64,000 nucleotides of DNA from Sedimentisphaerales bacterium (lineage in GTDB: Bacteria > Planctomycetota > Phycisphaerae > Sedimentisphaerales > SM23-30), in assembly GCA_963666285.1 (NCBI GenBank), contig OY762711.1; one strand, given 5' to 3'. The notes beneath the pieces are model-generated. The model had not been told where the DNA came from. It saw only the letters and a list, made by a program, of their open reading frames with translations, and did not search any database. Below, one piece after another: positions 59,947 through 64,000 of the stretch (positions are counted from its first letter, which is position 1; each line of letters opens with the position of its first letter). A program made the translations under genes and the position numbers.

Positions 59947-60834
59947 CTACTCTGTGCTCAGCGCTTCAAATCCAGAAATAATATCGAACAGTTCCTCATC
60001 GATGCTACTCTGGCGTAAACGATGAAATGTCCCGTTGAGAATCTCAAGCAATTCTTCGATATTTTTGTCGGCACGTTGCATCGCCGCCAGGCGACTTGCG
60101 TTTTCGCTGGCGAGCGATTCGGCGCACGCCCTAAAGAGCGAGATAAAAAGGTATTCGCGGATGAGCGCCCGCAAAGTCGTGGCGTCGTCCCCTATGATCT
60201 CAGGTAAGCTATCTGTCGGCCAGGTAAGTTCGGCCAGTTTGTGTCGCCATCTGTCGTCAAGCGGCAAAAGTCGCTGACTGACCGGTGAATAAACCGCCCC
60301 GGACGTGGGGCGATTGTAGAATAGGTGTAGTTGGGTGCCTTCACCCTGACTGAATAGTGACTCGCTCTCTACGAGAATCTGTCCAACGAGCGGGATGATG
60401 CCCTTTACGGAGTTCGGCACAGAAAAAAGCCCCATCAGCGGCAGGTCCGCGTCCATCAGGCGTGCATTAATCCGCTCACCTACGGTCCAAACTTGGGGTT
60501 TGCTGGGTAGAGCAAGTAATGTCTTGACTGCATAATCGGCCACCACATCATTAAACTGACCCACCAGTCCCTGGTCGGAACCAAAAATGATCACGCCAAT
60601 AGTACCGGCAATTATTTGTTTATTCTGTTTTTCATTCAAGGGTGTCGGTCCACTTTTCCGAAAGCACACGCCCAATCCGAGTTCCACAGTGCGATAGTAG
60701 TCAGCTAATGCGTGTACTGATTTCTCATATTGTCCAATGCTCGAGGCAGCTACTGCCTTCATCGTGCGGACGACGGATTGGAGATCACCGGCCCCATTGA
60801 TCTTCCGCTGCAGACTTGCTGTAGTATCGCTCAT
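59947..60834 (-). CDS. atpG: N-type ATPase gamma subunit
   Basis: [35 protein letters not shown]. Confidence 0.93.
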   Translation of the reverse strand: MSDTTASLQRKINGAGDLQSVVRTMKAVAASSIGQYEKSVHALADYYRTVELGLGVCFRKSGPTPLNEKQNKQIIAGTIGVIIFGSDQGLVGQFNDVVADYAVKTLLALPSKPQVWTVGERINARLMDADLPLMGLFSVPNSVKGIIPLVGQILVESESLFSQGEGTQLHLFYNRPTSGAVYSPVSQRLLPLDDRWRHKLAELTWPTDSLPEIIGDDATTLRALIREYLFISLFRACAESLASENASRLAAMQRADKNIEELLEILNGTFHRLRQSSIDEELFDIISGFEALSTE

Positions 60835-62471
60835 GACTTCTCCTCGGATGACTCATTGAAACTTGTTTTAGACTTAAACTTCCTTGTCTTGGCAACGGGA
60901 CCAGACTTTAACTCGGTCTTAGGTTCGGTTTTGGCTTCGGGATTGGATTGGAAACGATCAAGTACGATGCGGGCGATTTCGATGATCTTTTCACGGTCCT
61001 CATCGCTCAATTTAGCGGCTGTTTGGAATCGAGCACATATCTCCACCGGGATATTCGCCGCCGCTTCGTGCAGGGCGTTCTCGGCATCGGCCATGAAGTC
61101 AAGAGGCACGCGGTCAAAAAGTTCTGCGGTCAACGCCAGCAACACGGCAATTTGCGCGGGCACAGACACTGGAGAAAATTCCGGCTGCTTGAGGCAGGTA
61201 CGAATTCGCCGGCCATGCTCGATGATTTTGCGAGTGCTTTCATCCAGACGAGCTCCAAATCGAGAAAAGGTTTCGAGCTCCTCAAATTGTGCATAGGCGA
61301 GCTTGAGGTCGCCTGCCACTGCGCGGTAGGCTGCCTGTTGTGCCTTGCCTCCGACTCGCGAAACGGATTTTCCGACATCGACCGCGGGTAGCACGCCCAA
61401 TTCAAATAACGACGGCGAAAGGTATATCTGCCCATCCGTGATGGAAATCAAGTTGGTCGGAATATAGGCGGAAATATCCTGCGCTTCGGTTTCGATGATA
61501 GGCAGCGCAGTAAGGGAGCCGCCGCCGAGTTCCTTACACAAGTGTGTTGCACGTTCAAGCAGTCGCGAATGGATATAAAAAATATCGCCGGGGAAGGCTT
61601 CGCGCCCCGGTGGTCGGCGGAGTAGAAGGGAAAGCTCGCGATAAGCTCTCGCGTGATGAGTAAGGTCATCATAAACGATCAATACATCTCGTCCAGCTTC
61701 CATGAAATACTCCGCAATACTAGTAGCGGCATAAGGAGAGATATACGCAAGACCCGGCGGATCATTGCCTTCAGTGACGACGACGACAGTGTAATCCATC
61801 GCTCCCTTTTCCCGCAAGATAGCCACGGCCTTCGCAACAGCAGACGAACGCTGACCAATGGCACAATATACACACAGGACATTCTTGTTTTGCTGATTAA
61901 TGATGGTATCAATTGCAATGGCTGTCTTGCCTGTCTGGCGGTCACCGAGAATCAACTCACGCTGGCCACGACCAATAGGAATGATCGCATCGATGACTTT
62001 GATGCCAGTCTGAAGAGGAACCGTGACCGGTGCGCGATCCATAATGGGTGCGGCAGGACGCTCAATGGGCAGTCGTTTGCCAGCAGTCACCTGTCCCTTG
62101 CCATCAAGTGGACGACCAAGTGGGTCGATGATACGTCCCAGCAATCTATCACCCACAGCTATGTCCATAACCCGGCCCGTTCGCTGGACTTCATCTCCCG
62201 CATTGAGATGCCAGTATTCGCCGAGCAGAACGACACCAATTTCATTTGCATCCACGTTAAAGGCAATACCGAGCACATCGCCGGGAAATATCACCAATTC
62301 ATCAAAGCCCACGCCGGGAAGCCCAGACACCTTAGCGATGCCGGTGGAAACACTGGTGATCATACCCACCTCTCTTGGCGTCAGTTGCTGTGTGAATACA
62401 TCTCGAACTTGGCTCATACCAGCAAATGTGCTGTCAAAAACGTTTTGGATACTCTCTGGTACTATATTCAT
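60831..62471 (-). CDS. atpA: N-type ATPase alpha subunit
   Basis: [31 protein letters not shown]. Confidence 0.96.
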   Translation of the reverse strand: MNIVPESIQNVFDSTFAGMSQVRDVFTQQLTPREVGMITSVSTGIAKVSGLPGVGFDELVIFPGDVLGIAFNVDANEIGVVLLGEYWHLNAGDEVQRTGRVMDIAVGDRLLGRIIDPLGRPLDGKGQVTAGKRLPIERPAAPIMDRAPVTVPLQTGIKVIDAIIPIGRGQRELILGDRQTGKTAIAIDTIINQQNKNVLCVYCAIGQRSSAVAKAVAILREKGAMDYTVVVVTEGNDPPGLAYISPYAATSIAEYFMEAGRDVLIVYDDLTHHARAYRELSLLLRRPPGREAFPGDIFYIHSRLLERATHLCKELGGGSLTALPIIETEAQDISAYIPTNLISITDGQIYLSPSLFELGVLPAVDVGKSVSRVGGKAQQAAYRAVAGDLKLAYAQFEELETFSRFGARLDESTRKIIEHGRRIRTCLKQPEFSPVSVPAQIAVLLALTAELFDRVPLDFMADAENALHEAAANIPVEICARFQTAAKLSDEDREKIIEIARIVLDRFQSNPEAKTEPKTELKSGPVAKTRKFKSKTSFNESSEEKS

Positions 62472-63289
62472 TAAATCTTCGTTTCTAGCTTATGTTCTTC
62501 GAGCTTAGACTCATCTTTAGTGATAGATTTACACTTCTCTTCCAGAAGTTCATCGACGACTTTTTCCATCGAACTGAGGTAGTCCGCGATACTCCACGCC
62601 ACTTTTTGTCCATTTATGGTCAGTTCAATACCACTGATCATGTCCGGCTCAGTCTCGAACCGGACATGAATTTCAGCGGAGAATGTTTCATTAATCGCAT
62701 TTTGAATCGCCGTTCGCTGTTCGGCAGGCAGATCAAACGCGCTGCGTATAAGGGCAGAGTCAGACGGTACCTTAAAAAATTCAACGATATCTTCTTTCGC
62801 CTTGACGTCGATCTCTTGCAAGCGGTGAGTGAATACCTCACTCATTTGTTCTTCCAAACTTCTCGTGGCGAGTTCTGCCAGCGTCTTACGTGCGATAGCA
62901 AACACTTCCTGCTTGGTTTTGTGACGGATGGCCTGATTTAGATTATGAGCGTCGTTCCTCTGTGCTTCCTGCTGTTTTAATCTCAATACCACAGCCACCT
63001 TCCTTGCTTCGTCAAATAGCCGTTGGCGTTCGGCTTTCGCCTGATCGACAGCTTTGCTCAAAAGTGCAGCACGCTGCTGATCGAACTTTTCGTTTTTGTG
63101 AAGAAACTCGTCGCTCTCCTTTTGGGCTTCTGCCTTTTTTGCGTCAGCGTCAGCGAGTTCTGCGGCAATCCGCTTCTCCCTTGCATCGATTGCGTTGAGA
63201 ATGGGCTTATAAAGAAATCGCTTCATCAACCATACCAGAATGATGAAATTTATTACTTGCGCACTGACAGTGAACCAATCGATTAACAT
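62471..63289 (-). CDS. atpF: N-type ATPase extended b subunit (b plus delta-like)
   Basis: [25 protein letters not shown], coiled coil and a delta-like C-terminus (GIEL...GQKVAWS). Confidence 0.92.
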   Translation of the reverse strand: MLIDWFTVSAQVINFIILVWLMKRFLYKPILNAIDAREKRIAAELADADAKKAEAQKESDEFLHKNEKFDQQRAALLSKAVDQAKAERQRLFDEARKVAVVLRLKQQEAQRNDAHNLNQAIRHKTKQEVFAIARKTLAELATRSLEEQMSEVFTHRLQEIDVKAKEDIVEFFKVPSDSALIRSAFDLPAEQRTAIQNAINETFSAEIHVRFETEPDMISGIELTINGQKVAWSIADYLSSMEKVVDELLEEKCKSITKDESKLEEHKLETKI

Positions 63290-63293
63290 AGGT

Positions 63294-63575
63294 TTACTTT
63301 CCTGTAGCTTGGGTGATAACGTGATTCCAGAACGGATTGGCAAATATGAGAATCATCGAAACCACAAAACAGTAAATAGCCGTGGACTCAATCATTGCCA
63401 GCCCCACAAATAAAGTTCGAGTGATGGTCTTGGATGCATCAGGCTGCTGTGCCAGTGAACTTAGCGCTGTTGCTACCGCCTTTCCTTCACCCAATGCAGG
63501 CCCCATGGTACCAAAACCGGTGGTAATGCCGGCGGTGACAATTGATGCTACCGCGATAATAGTCATATTATCCAT
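63294..63575 (-). CDS. atpE: N-type ATPase c subunit
   Basis: GPALGEG, AQQPDA, LAMIESTAIY; ATG at 63575. Confidence 0.95.
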   Translation of the reverse strand: MDNMTIIAVASIVTAGITTGFGTMGPALGEGKAVATALSSLAQQPDASKTITRTLFVGLAMIESTAIYCFVVSMILIFANPFWNHVITQATGK

Positions 63576-63609
63576 AATATTTCCTTTCGTTATTGTTGTT
63601 TTAAGTCTT

Positions 63610-64000
63610 TTACTTTGATTTAGGCTTGGGTTCACGGACTTGTGTGGCAGCTGCAATGTAAACCGCGGCCAGGATACTGAAGATGTAGGCCTGTACCATG
63701 CCGGTGAGCAGACCGAGAGTTGTCATGACGATTGGGAAGATAAAGGGTGTAATCGTGAGCAGGATACTAATAATCATTGCCCCGCTCATCATGTTACCGA
63801 ACAGACGGACAGCCAGGGCCAGTGTACGCGAAAGTTCGCTGATAATATTAAACGGCAGCATAATGAACGTCGGCTTCACATAGGACTTGAGATAGCTTCC
63901 CAAACCTTGTTCCTCGATACCAAAAAACGGCACGGCCACAAACACACACAAAGCCAATGCAACCGTAGTTGAGAGCGAGCCGGTCGGCGGCTCGTAGCCG
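63610..64000 (-). CDS. atpB: N-type ATPase a subunit, 3' part
   Basis: PFNIISELSRTLALAVRLFGNM, VQAYIF; continues past the right edge. Confidence 0.93.
   Translation of the reverse strand, partial: GYEPPTGSLSTTVALALCVFVAVPFFGIEEQGLGSYLKSYVKPTFIMLPFNIISELSRTLALAVRLFGNMMSGAMIISILLTITPFIFPIVMTTLGLLTGMVQAYIFSILAAVYIAAATQVREPKPKSK

Larger units (their letters stand above)
43582..64000. mobile_element. Probable genomic island integrated at tRNA-Val (right end outside the window)
   Basis: Integrase directly downstream of the tRNA, IS relics, accessory cargo, mosaic composition; no second att copy seen. Confidence 0.65.

Noticed and set aside
1..64000. CRISPR array or cas genes
   Set aside because: No regularly spaced repeat-spacer array seen; the repeats are dispersed or protein-coding (Sel1, ankyrin).
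43702..64000. Prophage
   Set aside because: No structural, packaging or lysis genes follow the integrase within the window.

Overview
Bacterial chromosomal window, most likely from a planctomycete of class Phycisphaerae (Sedimentisphaerales-like). This is inferred from the PEP-CTERM proteins, the ECF/FecR pair, dockerin-like C-terminal tails, the acidic HTH membrane protein and the integrase type. Bases 1-43.5 kb hold glycan-degradation genes (GH92, sulfatase, GH29, esterases), an ECF sigma/anti-sigma/surface-protein module, envelope/LPS genes (GT2, LAB_N, ArnT-like, lpxK, hldE, gmhB), mfd and alkaline phosphatase. An unusually rich set of mobile or repetitive DNA is interspersed: an IS701-like element, a group II intron 3' relic, a 180-bp MITE-like element and three families of short dispersed repeats. 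These repeats mark the junctions of an AT-rich/GC-rich single-gene mosaic at about 10-18 kb. From tRNA-Val (43.5 kb) to the window end lies a probable integrase-associated genomic island. It carries an IS21 relic, a second IS, two paralogous B12-radical SAM genes, a PAS kinase/NarL pair with a candidate 20-bp operator, a GT4-GH130-radical SAM-enzyme I operon and an N-type (Na+) ATPase operon that runs off the right edge. All calls come from reading the sequence; no database searches were run.
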